Positions 1-7,881 of a stretch of DNA of 49,232 bases are shown here, in pieces. The position numbers and the translations under genes are program-made. Every line of letters begins with the position of its first letter. The first letter of the stretch is position 1. Origin of the DNA: Dehalococcoidales bacterium (GTDB lineage: Bacteria; Chloroflexota; Dehalococcoidia; Dehalococcoidales; RBG-16-60-22); NCBI GenBank assembly GCA_016926705.1, contig JAFGOC010000005.1:1-49232 (forward strand). Direction: 5' to 3'. The notes below the pieces were generated by a model. That model did not search any database, was not told the DNA's origin, and worked only from the letters and a program-made list of their open reading frames with translations.

Positions 1-519
1 AGACAGATTCAGTTTATTCAAAAGACCGGCATTGTTACGGCCATGGTCGGCTTGCTGAATGCCCCCAACGGCACCAGGCTTTACCATCGCTTGAAGAAGG
101 AAAACCGCCTGCTTGAAAATTTCACCGGGGATAATACGGACTTTTCTATCAACTTCATTCCTAAGATGAAATATGAAACGCTCCTGGCTGGTTATAAGCA
201 TGTCATGGAAACCATTTACTCGCCGCGCTATTACTATGAGAGGGTGGTCACCTTCCTCAAGGAATATAAGCCGAGAAGGGCGGCAGGTATATCTAAACTT
301 CAGCTCTCTCACGTTATCGGTTTTTTAAAAGGCCTCTGGTACCTGGGAATCCGTTATAAAGGCAGAAGGTATTTCTGGCGACTCCTCATTACCACGCTCA
401 TTAAGCGTCCGCGCCACTTCGGCATATCGGTAGGCTTGTCTGCCTCCGGCTTCCACTTCTATAAGGTCGTGGAAAGCTATAATAAAATCCTCCTGGACCT
501 CGAACGCCAGAACGCTTAA
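1..519 (+). CDS. C-terminal part of a class-B (B12-binding) radical-SAM-family protein, DUF4070-like tail; 5' end lies outside the window
   Basis: Frame 1 is open from nt 1 (RQIQFIQKTGIVTAMVGLLNAP...) and runs into the 43..519 ORF. The tail (LLENFTGDNTDFSINFIPKM...IYSPRYYYERV) resembles the conserved C-terminal extension of B12-binding radical SAM enzymes. The catalytic part is not in the window. Confidence 0.55.
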   Translation, partial: RQIQFIQKTGIVTAMVGLLNAPNGTRLYHRLKKENRLLENFTGDNTDFSINFIPKMKYETLLAGYKHVMETIYSPRYYYERVVTFLKEYKPRRAAGISKLQLSHVIGFLKGLWYLGIRYKGRRYFWRLLITTLIKRPRHFGISVGLSASGFHFYKVVESYNKILLDLERQNA

Positions 520-1128
520 GCCCCCCGCCCCTTTACCCCCCTTTGCCTGCCCACCGAAGCCTTGGCGCAGGTGGGTCATGCTGGAGTCCCGCTTGTTGTG
601 AGCCTACCGGATCCATCGGGACGAAGCATCTCATTTTCCCCTTTGTTCTCCTGAGCCGAAGCCCTCGAGCGAAGCGAAGGGGTAGCGAAGCATCTCATTT
701 TTCCCTCCTGTCATGCTGGAGCGTAGCGAAGCATCTCAGGGTGGGGTTACCTCACCCCCTTTGTCCCCCTCTCCAAATGGAGCATCTATCTAGACCGTTT
801 ACTCGTTTATTTGGTGAGGGGGAATAATAAATAAAGAGGGGCTGCGCCCCTCTTAAACACCCCATTTCAATCTATCGTCCTCCTTTCGTAAAGGAGGATA
901 GGAAGAGGATTTTACCCCCTCCGCCCCTCTTAAACACCCCATTTTGTGTTAAACAAATCATCCTCCCACTTTAGAAAAGGGGGAGTTAGAGGGGGATTTT
1001 TCCCACTGTCATTCCCAACCCGCCTGCCCCGTACTTCAGTCGGGGATTGGGAATCCAGTGAAATGTTGTCGTTTCCCTCCGTAAAAGAGCCTGCTTTGAG
1101 CATAGTTGAATGATGTATGAGAGAGTGA
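520..1128. repeat. Array of short GC-rich hairpin-forming repeat units (REP/MITE-like), non-coding
   Basis: This 609-nt gap has no credible ORF. Exact direct repeats: CGCCCCTCTTAAACACCCCATTT (845-867, 922-944), GTAGCGAAGCATCTCA (682-697, 723-738), GTCATGCTGGAG (575-586, 710-721). Hairpins: CCCACC/GGTGGG (550-575), AGAGGGGC-tgc-GCCCCTCT (835-853), TCCTCCTTT-cgt-AAAGGAGGA (878-898), and nested ATTCCCAA[CCCCG..CGGGG]TTGGGAAT (1011-1054). Confidence 0.8.
835..853 (-). terminator. Candidate intrinsic terminator on the minus strand, downstream of the methyltransferase
   Basis: 8-bp GC stem with a 3-nt loop. On the minus strand it is followed by TTTATTTATTATT. It lies about 280 nt past the methyltransferase stop, so the assignment is weak. 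Confidence 0.3.
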
Positions 1129-2448
1129 CTAATTTTCCTCAATTTTTAACATTTCTTCTGGTGTGTTTAGCTCTACTTTGATACCTTCAGCAGTCTCAAT
1201 TTCAAACTTTCGTTTTCTAGCGCTGTCATCATATCCTGTTTGTGATGCAAATATAAGCTTTTTGATTGGTTTAGGAACAAGGGGGTGATATTTACTGCTA
1301 CTTAGAAGTTTATCTATCGTATCGTACTTAATTTGGAACGTTTTTACTTGAATAGGAATACCTTCTTGTGTTATTCCATCTACCCCTCCATCTGGATGAG
1401 GTTTTGTAGCTTTATAATATTCATTTACCCAGTCTTCAAATTGTTTGGGGGTTAACAGTTTGGTTTCCTCTATGTCACGAGTAATGTAATGTGCATTTTT
1501 GAAATCATCTATCATACCAAGTGGAATTTGTTTCTCCCTACCTTTTGTTGTATCGTATGCGAATTTATTAATATCTATTCCTATCCATCGGCGGTTGAGT
1601 TTGTGAGCAGCTATTATGCAAGTTCCACAACCACAAAACGGGTCTAAAACTAAATCGCTTTCATCAGTTGACGAAAGAATAATTCGATTTAAAAGTATCT
1701 CTGGTTTTTGTGTAGGATAACCTGTAGCTTCTGCAGAGGAATTATTTATTTTATCTAAATCCCAGACATTATCTATTGGTTGCCCCACCTTCATCGCATC
1801 TTCTAAGTATCTTTTAACACGTTTTCCACCGCCGGCATCTGATAGAACATACTCTTTGCCATTTTCATCTTTCCTAATTTTCTGTTTACGAGTACGTACA
1901 TACTCTTCTTTAGATGCCCAAGGTGCAGTCCACGACCTAAACTTATTTTTTTGTTCGGCACTACGCGCATAGAAAAGAATGCTATCTGACCTAGATTCAA
2001 AGCTGTTAGATAGTATCTTATTCCAACCCGAATAATGCCATATAATTTCGTTACGAAAATTGCTACTCCCAAATATCTCGTCCATAATCATTTTAAGGTA
2101 ATGTGATGCTCTCCAGTCGCAGTGTAGGAATATACCTCCAGTGTGTTTTAATACTTTGTGGCAAGCCTCTAATCTTACCATCATATAATATAAATAAGAT
2201 GCGAAATCAGGTCTCTTAAGAGCAATATGACGCAGCCAAGCTGGTGCTTTTTCGCGCATTATCTCAGCTTTCTCGGACCAAAATTTCTTTGAATCCTCAT
2301 ATGATACTTCCATTGCTCCAGGTTGCCATACACCTTTTTGTATTTTACCTGTAAAAAACGGCGGGTCGAGGTAAATCAAGTCTACTGATTCAGGCGCAAT
2401 ATCATGCTTTAATACAAAGAGACAATCGCCATGATAAAAGGTATTCAT
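1129..2448 (-). CDS. Beta-class N6-adenine/N4-cytosine DNA methyltransferase with a C-terminal Mrr-like PD-(D/E)xK-fold domain
   Basis: Motif IV is near the N-terminus (VDLIYLDPPFFTG) and motif I follows later (LVLDPFCGCGTCIIAAHKLNRRWIGIDIN), which is the beta permutation. The last ~140 aa (FEDWVNEYYKA..PDGGVDGI..GIPIQVK..IDKL..KKLIFASQTGYDDSARK) look like the Mrr_cat restriction-endonuclease fold. An SD-like GGGGAG lies upstream of the ATG. Confidence 0.9.
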   Translation of the reverse strand: MNTFYHGDCLFVLKHDIAPESVDLIYLDPPFFTGKIQKGVWQPGAMEVSYEDSKKFWSEKAEIMREKAPAWLRHIALKRPDFASYLYYMMVRLEACHKVLKHTGGIFLHCDWRASHYLKMIMDEIFGSSNFRNEIIWHYSGWNKILSNSFESRSDSILFYARSAEQKNKFRSWTAPWASKEEYVRTRKQKIRKDENGKEYVLSDAGGGKRVKRYLEDAMKVGQPIDNVWDLDKINNSSAEATGYPTQKPEILLNRIILSSTDESDLVLDPFCGCGTCIIAAHKLNRRWIGIDINKFAYDTTKGREKQIPLGMIDDFKNAHYITRDIEETKLLTPKQFEDWVNEYYKATKPHPDGGVDGITQEGIPIQVKTFQIKYDTIDKLLSSSKYHPLVPKPIKKLIFASQTGYDDSARKRKFEIETAEGIKVELNTPEEMLKIEEN

Positions 2449-2477
2449 AGCTTTCTCCCCTGCCTTTGTTTTCTGTC

Positions 2478-2506
2478 ATTATACACCAACTCCATCTTAA
2501 CATAAA
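2478..2506 (-). promoter_or_regulatory. Candidate sigma70-type promoter of the methyltransferase
   Basis: Minus strand reads TTTATG-17 nt-TATAAT (-10 at 2478-2483, -35 at 2501-2506), about 30 nt upstream of the ATG at 2448. Confidence 0.4.
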
Positions 2507-2700
2507 TACCTCCCCCCCTCCCCCTTTCGTAAAGGGGGATTAAGGGGGTTTTCCCCGCGACAAAATCCCCTTGCCCTTTCTCCCCTTAACCCCCTTATAA
2601 TAGAGGTATCTTCCAATTCCCCTCTCCCTTTATGGGAGAGGGACAAAGAGCCTGCCCCGTACTTGATACGGGGGTGAGGGTTCATATGGGAGAGACAGAG
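2497..2700. repeat. Second array of the same GC-rich hairpin repeat family
   Basis: Hairpins: TCCCCCTTT-cgt-AAAGGGGGA (2519-2539), CCCTCTCCC-tttat-GGGAGAGGG (2620-2642), CCCCGTA-cttga-TACGGGG (2655-2673). It shares AAAGAGCCTGC (2645-2655 vs 1084-1094) and CCTGCCCCGTACTT (2651-2664 vs 1023-1036) with the 520-1128 array, in the same orientation. Confidence 0.8.
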
Positions 2701-2727
2701 GGTTTTTAAAGTTCAATTTTTCAACCG

Positions 2728-2852
2728 AATCGAAACGGATAATGTAAAAAATGAAGCTGTCTTGCCATAAATCGAAAAACGGATATTCAAAGCTGTTTAG
2801 CTTCAAAACATACGCCAAAAAAAAGGATTCTTTAAAATCGAATACGAAAAAT
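2728..2852. repeat. Three imperfect direct repeats AATCGAA-N2-4-CG(G/A)A(T/A)A in an AT-rich spacer
   Basis: AATCGAAACGGATAAT (2728-2743), AATCGAAAAACGGATATT (2769-2786), AATCGAATACGAAAAAT (2836-2852). Confidence 0.5.
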
Positions 2853-2878
2853 CACCTTGGGGTTTGTGTAGGTTAGGG

Positions 2879-5800
2879 TTATTGTACCTTGTTTCTTGTA
2901 TCTTGCCTTCGGCGCATGTGCTCCCGCGCCTGCTGGATGAAAGCCTCGAACCTGATGCTCTCGCCCGGGTCCTTCGTCCCCTCCACCACCACGTTCAGCA
3001 CCGGCAGTCCGTAGTCCTGGCGGAACTGGTGCAAAAGCAGGCTCACGATTGTCCCCGGCATGCACCCGAACGGTATGATGTTCACGATGCCGTCGAACCC
3101 GTGCTCCGCGTACTCCACGACCCTCCCCATGCTCAAGATGGCTTCCCCCTCCACCGCCGGCGTCAGGTACTTGTGCCCTTTAGCGATGATGTCCTTCATC
3201 GGCAGCTCCCGCGTGAACAGCTCGATGCTGTTGTCAAACTGCCTCCGCAGCCGCTCGACCGTCGTCTCCATCACGATTTCCGTCAGCTTCTGCTTCGTCC
3301 AGTCCTTCCAGCCCCCTTCGATGCGGTGGCTGTACCGGAATTCGCGTTCGTGGTCGATGTAGTCGAACCACTCCTCGATGGGCGGCACGCCCACCTGCGC
3401 CCCCAGCGCCTCCAGCTTCTCGATGAGCCCGTCGTTGGCGAAGTGGTTGCTCCTCACGAATATCTCCCCCACGATGCCTATCCGCGGCTTCGGCGAGCTC
3501 GTGTCTATCTTCACCGCCTCGAAAGCCTGCTTGGCTTCGCTTGACAGCTTCTCCAGCACGCTCACGGACTGCCCCACGTTCTGTATCAGCTTCGCCAGGT
3601 ACTCTTCATAGACGGCGTCCATTTCGCCCCGGTTGACCTCGTAGGGCCTTCTTTCGTGCGTCATTTTCATCATCGAGTCCAGAATGATGAACCCTTTCCA
3701 GGCGTTGAGCCGGAAACCCTTGCCCATGTGTATCATGTCGCGGTGATAGCCGCCCGTCTGGTCGAAGACGAGTACCGGCACATTGGTGAACCCCAGCTCG
3801 TCGAGCACCAGCCGGTGCAGCCGGTTATACTGCCCGAAGCGGCATGGCCCGCTGGCCGCCGGCATAAAGAACGCCGACCTCTCCGGCTTGAAGTCCGGCG
3901 CCATCGCCCTCTTCACGATGTCCCCCGTCGTGATGATGCTCGGGTAGCACTCCTTGCCCGTCGTGTATTTCCGCCCGATTTCCAGCGTCAGCTGGTCGGA
4001 TTCCGGCAGTGGCTGGGCGTTCACCCCGCCGTGCCGCATCGCCGCCGCCAGCACGTACCCGTGGTCTATCATGTACGGTATGTACACGATGCGCTCGCTG
4101 GCGTGGTTGGACGAGATGCTGATGTGCTGGATGTGCTTGCTGATGCCCTGCGTCCTCGCGTTGCGTATCGTGTCGATGAAGGCTTCGCACCTTGTTATAA
4201 TCCCTGCGTCGGCGGAGTGCTCGTCGATTTCTATCGTCAGGAAGGGTTTGCCCTCCGTTTCCTTGCTGAAGAACTTGAGCATATAGGAGTCCGGCCCGCA
4301 GTTGAAATTCGTTACGTACAGCCCGAAAAGCCGCTTGTCCTGCGCTATCATCCTGGCTGCGCCCAGTATCTTCTGCCCGGCCTTCCAGTACATGTTCGGG
4401 TGCGCCTTGATGACCTCTCCCGCCAGCGACTCCAGCGGCAGGAAGTCTATCGGTATCGCCAGCATGTTCATGTCCCGCAGCTTTTCCGGGATGTTCAGCG
4501 TCATCGCCTCGTCGTACGTGTTATAAGCCCTTCCCACCACCACGATGGCTTTTTCATCGGGCTTAAGCTGGGATAGTATCTCCTGCCCCCGCTTTTGCTG
4601 CCACTCGTTGAACTTATCGTACGCCTCGAACCCCGCCTGTATCGCCTTCTCTATCAGCGCATTCGACTTTATGCCTGCTTCGCGCGCTGTTTTCTTCAGG
4701 TTTTTCTTCAGCCATTTCCTGCCCCTGTCCGGGTGGATGACCGGCCGCAGGACTACCGGGTGCACGCCGTTTGAATCATCCAGGGCTTCTCTGATGTGAG
4801 TGCTGCTTAGCACGAGGTAGGGCAGACTCTGCGTAAGCGGGCAGTTCCACGATTTCTTGAAGTCGTCGGATAGTTTCTCCATCGTGCACTGCACCGGCAT
4901 GAAGATATAGTCCGGCTTCTTTTCCAGCAGGTTGAGCATGTGCCCGTGCGACATTTTGATGGGCAGGCACGGCTCCTCCACGATGTTCTCTACCCCCTGC
5001 CTTATGATATGCCGGTTGGTGGGGTCGGAAAGCACTACCTGGAACCCGAGTTCCGTGAAAAAGCCTTTCCATAGCGGGTAAAGCTCGTGGAAGAACAGGA
5101 CCCTTGGGATGCCTATGGTCTTGCCGTTGGGGTTGTCCGGTTTGTCTTTAGGGTATGTATTCAGCAGGGCTTTGGAACGCTCTTCAAACAGGTGAGGTAT
5201 CCTGGAAGATTCCCGCTTCTGCTTCTTCTCCGTGCTGTCCCACTTGCCGCAGCGGGAGCCGTAGAAAAGCGGTTTCTCTCCCTCGAAGACTACTTTATGG
5301 ATTTCACACCGGTTGGAGCAGTTCTGGCACTCGAAGGATGATAGCTCGTACTGCCGTTTCGCAAGGTCGAAGCCGCGGAATCGTGTCTTTTTCCCGCTGG
5401 CTTTTATCTCCTCTTTTGCCAGCATGGCTACCCCGATAGCCCCCAGGATATCGTGCTGGGGCGGCACAGTGACTTTCTTTCCCAGTACCGCTTCAAAGGC
5501 CGCTTTGACGGCCCGGTTAAAGGCTGTCCCTCCCTGGAATAGTATGTGGTCGCCGATTTTACGGTCTTCAACTACCTTGGTCAGGTAGTTCTTCACCACG
5601 GAATATGCCAGCCCGCCCACCAGGTCTTTCTTATCGGCGCCGCGCTGCTTGCAGTAGTTCTGCTGGCTCTCCATGAAAACGGTGCAGCGCTCGCCCAGGT
5701 CAAGGGGATGTTTTGACGCCAGTCCCAGCTTGCCGAATTCCTCCTTGATACTGATACCCAGCTTTTCCGCCTGCTCTTCTAGGAAGGAGCCGGTGCCGGC

Positions 5801-7117
5801 GGCGCATACTTTATTCATCGCAAAGTCGATAATGGTGCCATTTTGCAGGCTGATGTACTTGGCGTCCTGCCCGCCGATTTCGAATATGGTATCCACGTCC
5901 GGGCAAACATAGGAAGCCGCCTTGGCATGGCTGGTAATCTCGTTGTGAATCACGTCGGCCCCGAAAAACTCGCCGGTCATATACCGTCCGGAGCCGGTAG
6001 ACCCAGTGCCCTTGATAATCACGCTGTCTCCCAGCTCCTGGCCTACCTCAAGAAGACCTCGCTTGACAGCTTCGATTGGCTGGCTGGCGGTCATCAGGTA
6101 GCGTCGTGCCAGTACCCTGTTATCTTTATCTATCACGACTACGTTGGTGCTGATAGAGCCTATATCCACGCCGATGTAGGCTTCAACAGGTTTACCGGCA
6201 TCTGGCTTTACTGACTCGATATCGATTGGGTAATCATCGCCTTGCAGCGGGGACAGCGTCACAAACTCAAATTTGCGGCCAGTAATGTAATCTTTAAGGC
6301 GATGGAGAGCGTCTTGCGGCAGCGCGCCGCTCTCGCTGGCCAGTGCCGCCCCGGTAGCCCCAAGCACCGCGAAATGCTGGGGTATGATTAAGTCTTTCTC
6401 TGCCAGTTCCAGCACTTCCAGCAGTGCCCGCCGGATGCCTTTATTGGCTGCCACGCCCCCCTGGAAAGCGATGGGCTTGCCGAGGTCGCGGCCGCGAATG
6501 ACCTGCCCCTTGAAGTTGCGTATCATCGCGAAGCACAGCCCGGCTACGATGTCATAGACCGGGGTCCCTACCTGCTGGAGGTGAATCATGTCGCTCTTGG
6601 CAAAGACGCTGCAGCGGCCGGCTACGCGGGGTGGGTGTTCCGACTTCAAGGCAACATCGCCGAACTGCTCGATAGGGATACCCATGCGTGAGGCCTGCTG
6701 GTCGAGGAAAGACCCTGTTCCGGCTGCGCAGACCCCGTTAATAGCAAAGTCGCTTACCTTGGGTAGTTTTTCGCCGGTCTCTTTCTGCAGGACAATAAGC
6801 TTGGAGTCCTCGCCGCCTATTTCAAGTATAGTCTGGACTTCCGGGTGAAAACGGGCGGTCCCGGCTGCCTGCGCTGTGATTTCATTGACGAATGGTATAT
6901 CCAGCAGCGATGCTATAAGCTGTCCGCCTGTGCCGGTAGCAGCCGCCGCTTTGAAATGCTCGGTCGGGTATTTCGCCAGTAGCTCCTCAAGAATGGCCAG
7001 AATGGTCTCGATGGGCTGTCCTTTAGTGCGGACATATCTCGATTCGATGATATTGTTATTATCATCAAGAACGACTGCCTTTGCTGTAACCGAGCCTATA
7101 TCAATACCGAGTTTCAT
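2879..7117 (-). CDS. Giant fusion protein: two BadF/BadG/BcrA/BcrD-type (HgdC-like) activase ATPase modules plus a DUF2229 / 2-hydroxyacyl-CoA-dehydratase-like region
   Basis: 1412-aa ORF. Two ASKHA ATPase modules start with MKLGIDIGSVTAKAVV and YIGVDIGSISTNVVV, and each carries CAAGTGSF. A Cys cluster (CQNCSNRC) sits between the halves. The C-terminal ~800 aa resemble the domain fused in 'CoA-substrate-specific enzyme activase' giants. Confidence 0.85.
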   Translation of the reverse strand: MKLGIDIGSVTAKAVVLDDNNNIIESRYVRTKGQPIETILAILEELLAKYPTEHFKAAAATGTGGQLIASLLDIPFVNEITAQAAGTARFHPEVQTILEIGGEDSKLIVLQKETGEKLPKVSDFAINGVCAAGTGSFLDQQASRMGIPIEQFGDVALKSEHPPRVAGRCSVFAKSDMIHLQQVGTPVYDIVAGLCFAMIRNFKGQVIRGRDLGKPIAFQGGVAANKGIRRALLEVLELAEKDLIIPQHFAVLGATGAALASESGALPQDALHRLKDYITGRKFEFVTLSPLQGDDYPIDIESVKPDAGKPVEAYIGVDIGSISTNVVVIDKDNRVLARRYLMTASQPIEAVKRGLLEVGQELGDSVIIKGTGSTGSGRYMTGEFFGADVIHNEITSHAKAASYVCPDVDTIFEIGGQDAKYISLQNGTIIDFAMNKVCAAGTGSFLEEQAEKLGISIKEEFGKLGLASKHPLDLGERCTVFMESQQNYCKQRGADKKDLVGGLAYSVVKNYLTKVVEDRKIGDHILFQGGTAFNRAVKAAFEAVLGKKVTVPPQHDILGAIGVAMLAKEEIKASGKKTRFRGFDLAKRQYELSSFECQNCSNRCEIHKVVFEGEKPLFYGSRCGKWDSTEKKQKRESSRIPHLFEERSKALLNTYPKDKPDNPNGKTIGIPRVLFFHELYPLWKGFFTELGFQVVLSDPTNRHIIRQGVENIVEEPCLPIKMSHGHMLNLLEKKPDYIFMPVQCTMEKLSDDFKKSWNCPLTQSLPYLVLSSTHIREALDDSNGVHPVVLRPVIHPDRGRKWLKKNLKKTAREAGIKSNALIEKAIQAGFEAYDKFNEWQQKRGQEILSQLKPDEKAIVVVGRAYNTYDEAMTLNIPEKLRDMNMLAIPIDFLPLESLAGEVIKAHPNMYWKAGQKILGAARMIAQDKRLFGLYVTNFNCGPDSYMLKFFSKETEGKPFLTIEIDEHSADAGIITRCEAFIDTIRNARTQGISKHIQHISISSNHASERIVYIPYMIDHGYVLAAAMRHGGVNAQPLPESDQLTLEIGRKYTTGKECYPSIITTGDIVKRAMAPDFKPERSAFFMPAASGPCRFGQYNRLHRLVLDELGFTNVPVLVFDQTGGYHRDMIHMGKGFRLNAWKGFIILDSMMKMTHERRPYEVNRGEMDAVYEEYLAKLIQNVGQSVSVLEKLSSEAKQAFEAVKIDTSSPKPRIGIVGEIFVRSNHFANDGLIEKLEALGAQVGVPPIEEWFDYIDHEREFRYSHRIEGGWKDWTKQKLTEIVMETTVERLRRQFDNSIELFTRELPMKDIIAKGHKYLTPAVEGEAILSMGRVVEYAEHGFDGIVNIIPFGCMPGTIVSLLLHQFRQDYGLPVLNVVVEGTKDPGESIRFEAFIQQAREHMRRRQDTRNKVQ

Positions 7118-7168
7118 ATTTATTGCATTTACAGTAAGTTACACAAAACAATGAGTGTACTGCTATAT

Positions 7169-7197
7169 ATTATATCCTTGTGGAAAATGTGTGTAAA
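7169..7197 (-). promoter_or_regulatory. Candidate promoter of the 1412-aa gene
   Basis: Minus strand reads TTTACA-17 nt-TATAAT (-35 at 7192-7197, -10 at 7169-7174), about 50 nt upstream of the ATG at 7117. Confidence 0.5.
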
Positions 7198-7220
7198 CTG
7201 GGGAATGGTTTTGGAGGTGA

Positions 7221-7255
7221 GGGGGAAGCCGTAATGCCCCTTATCAGCTTCCCCC
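7221..7255. repeat. Inverted repeat / hairpin GGGGGAAGC-N17-GCTTCCCCC in a long spacer
   Basis: Perfect 9-bp arms at 7221-7229 and 7247-7255. No T-run follows on either strand, so this is not a classical terminator. Confidence 0.5.
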
Positions 7256-7502
7256 ACATTTGAGGGAGGAGGGGGAAAATGTCTTGCAGGAACTATATCC
7301 TGCTTTCAGAATTCTAAGCCTCTCAGGCAATATAAATATCGTACAAAATACCTAAAAACAGCAGGTAATAAAACAGGTGGATACCGTGTAATAAATCCCG
7401 ATTTAACCTATTATTGGGCAGTACTAAGTTGAACAATCAGGTGTTTAATATAAATCAGACTTTGAATAGTTAACGTAAGCGAGAATTGTAAATACAACAC
7501 CC

Positions 7503-7829
7503 TTATAGTACACCCATCACTATAGGTAACCCAATTACTACCCATAGAATTCCCAAGATCCAAAGCCCAATTAGAACCCATTTCCATCCAAGCCCACTAA
7601 AGTATTTAAATATTGGCTCGCGGTTCAGCCAGAGGTGAAAACACAGTAGCACGATAAATACAATAACCGGGATGATATGATGTGGGTCTATTCCTTTATT
7701 AAACGGAGAAAATAATTGCCATATCCCCGTTAGTATTAACCAGATGACGCTAATAAACAGAGCAATGCTAATACCGCGTCTCATTTGAGTGTTCGCGAGC
7801 CGGGACGGATGATCGCTATCTCCAGCCAC
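7503..7829 (-). CDS. Small multi-pass membrane protein (DUF4405-like)
   Basis: 108-aa ORF with 3-4 hydrophobic helices and an H..(x)n..FHLWLN pattern typical of DUF4405. Confidence 0.5.
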   Translation of the reverse strand: MAGDSDHPSRLANTQMRRGISIALFISVIWLILTGIWQLFSPFNKGIDPHHIIPVIVFIVLLCFHLWLNREPIFKYFSGLGWKWVLIGLWILGILWVVIGLPIVMGVL

Positions 7830-7881
7830 CTATCGATTATGCTAAAATTATCCATCGTCTCATATTGACTGATAAGTCACG

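Noticed and set aside
520-1128. Possible CRISPR array.
   Set aside because: The repeat units are heterogeneous in sequence and length and irregularly spaced. Many are self-complementary REP-like hairpins, and there is no leader or cas gene in the window.
543-2818. Track ORFs inside the repeat arrays (543..827, 930..1142, 2497..2685, 2630..2818).
   Set aside because: They are read-through translations of the hairpin repeats (P/G/S/L-rich). They have no SD, and the repeated DNA units explain the sequence better than coding does.
2864-6214. Long plus-strand ORFs (2864..3544 of 226 aa, 3656..4576 of 306 aa, 5843..6214 and others) opposite the 1412-aa gene.
   Set aside because: Their translations are R/P/H/V-rich low-complexity strings with no motifs. 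They lie antisense to a gene with clear domain signatures. These are typical shadow ORFs of GC-rich, codon-biased coding DNA.
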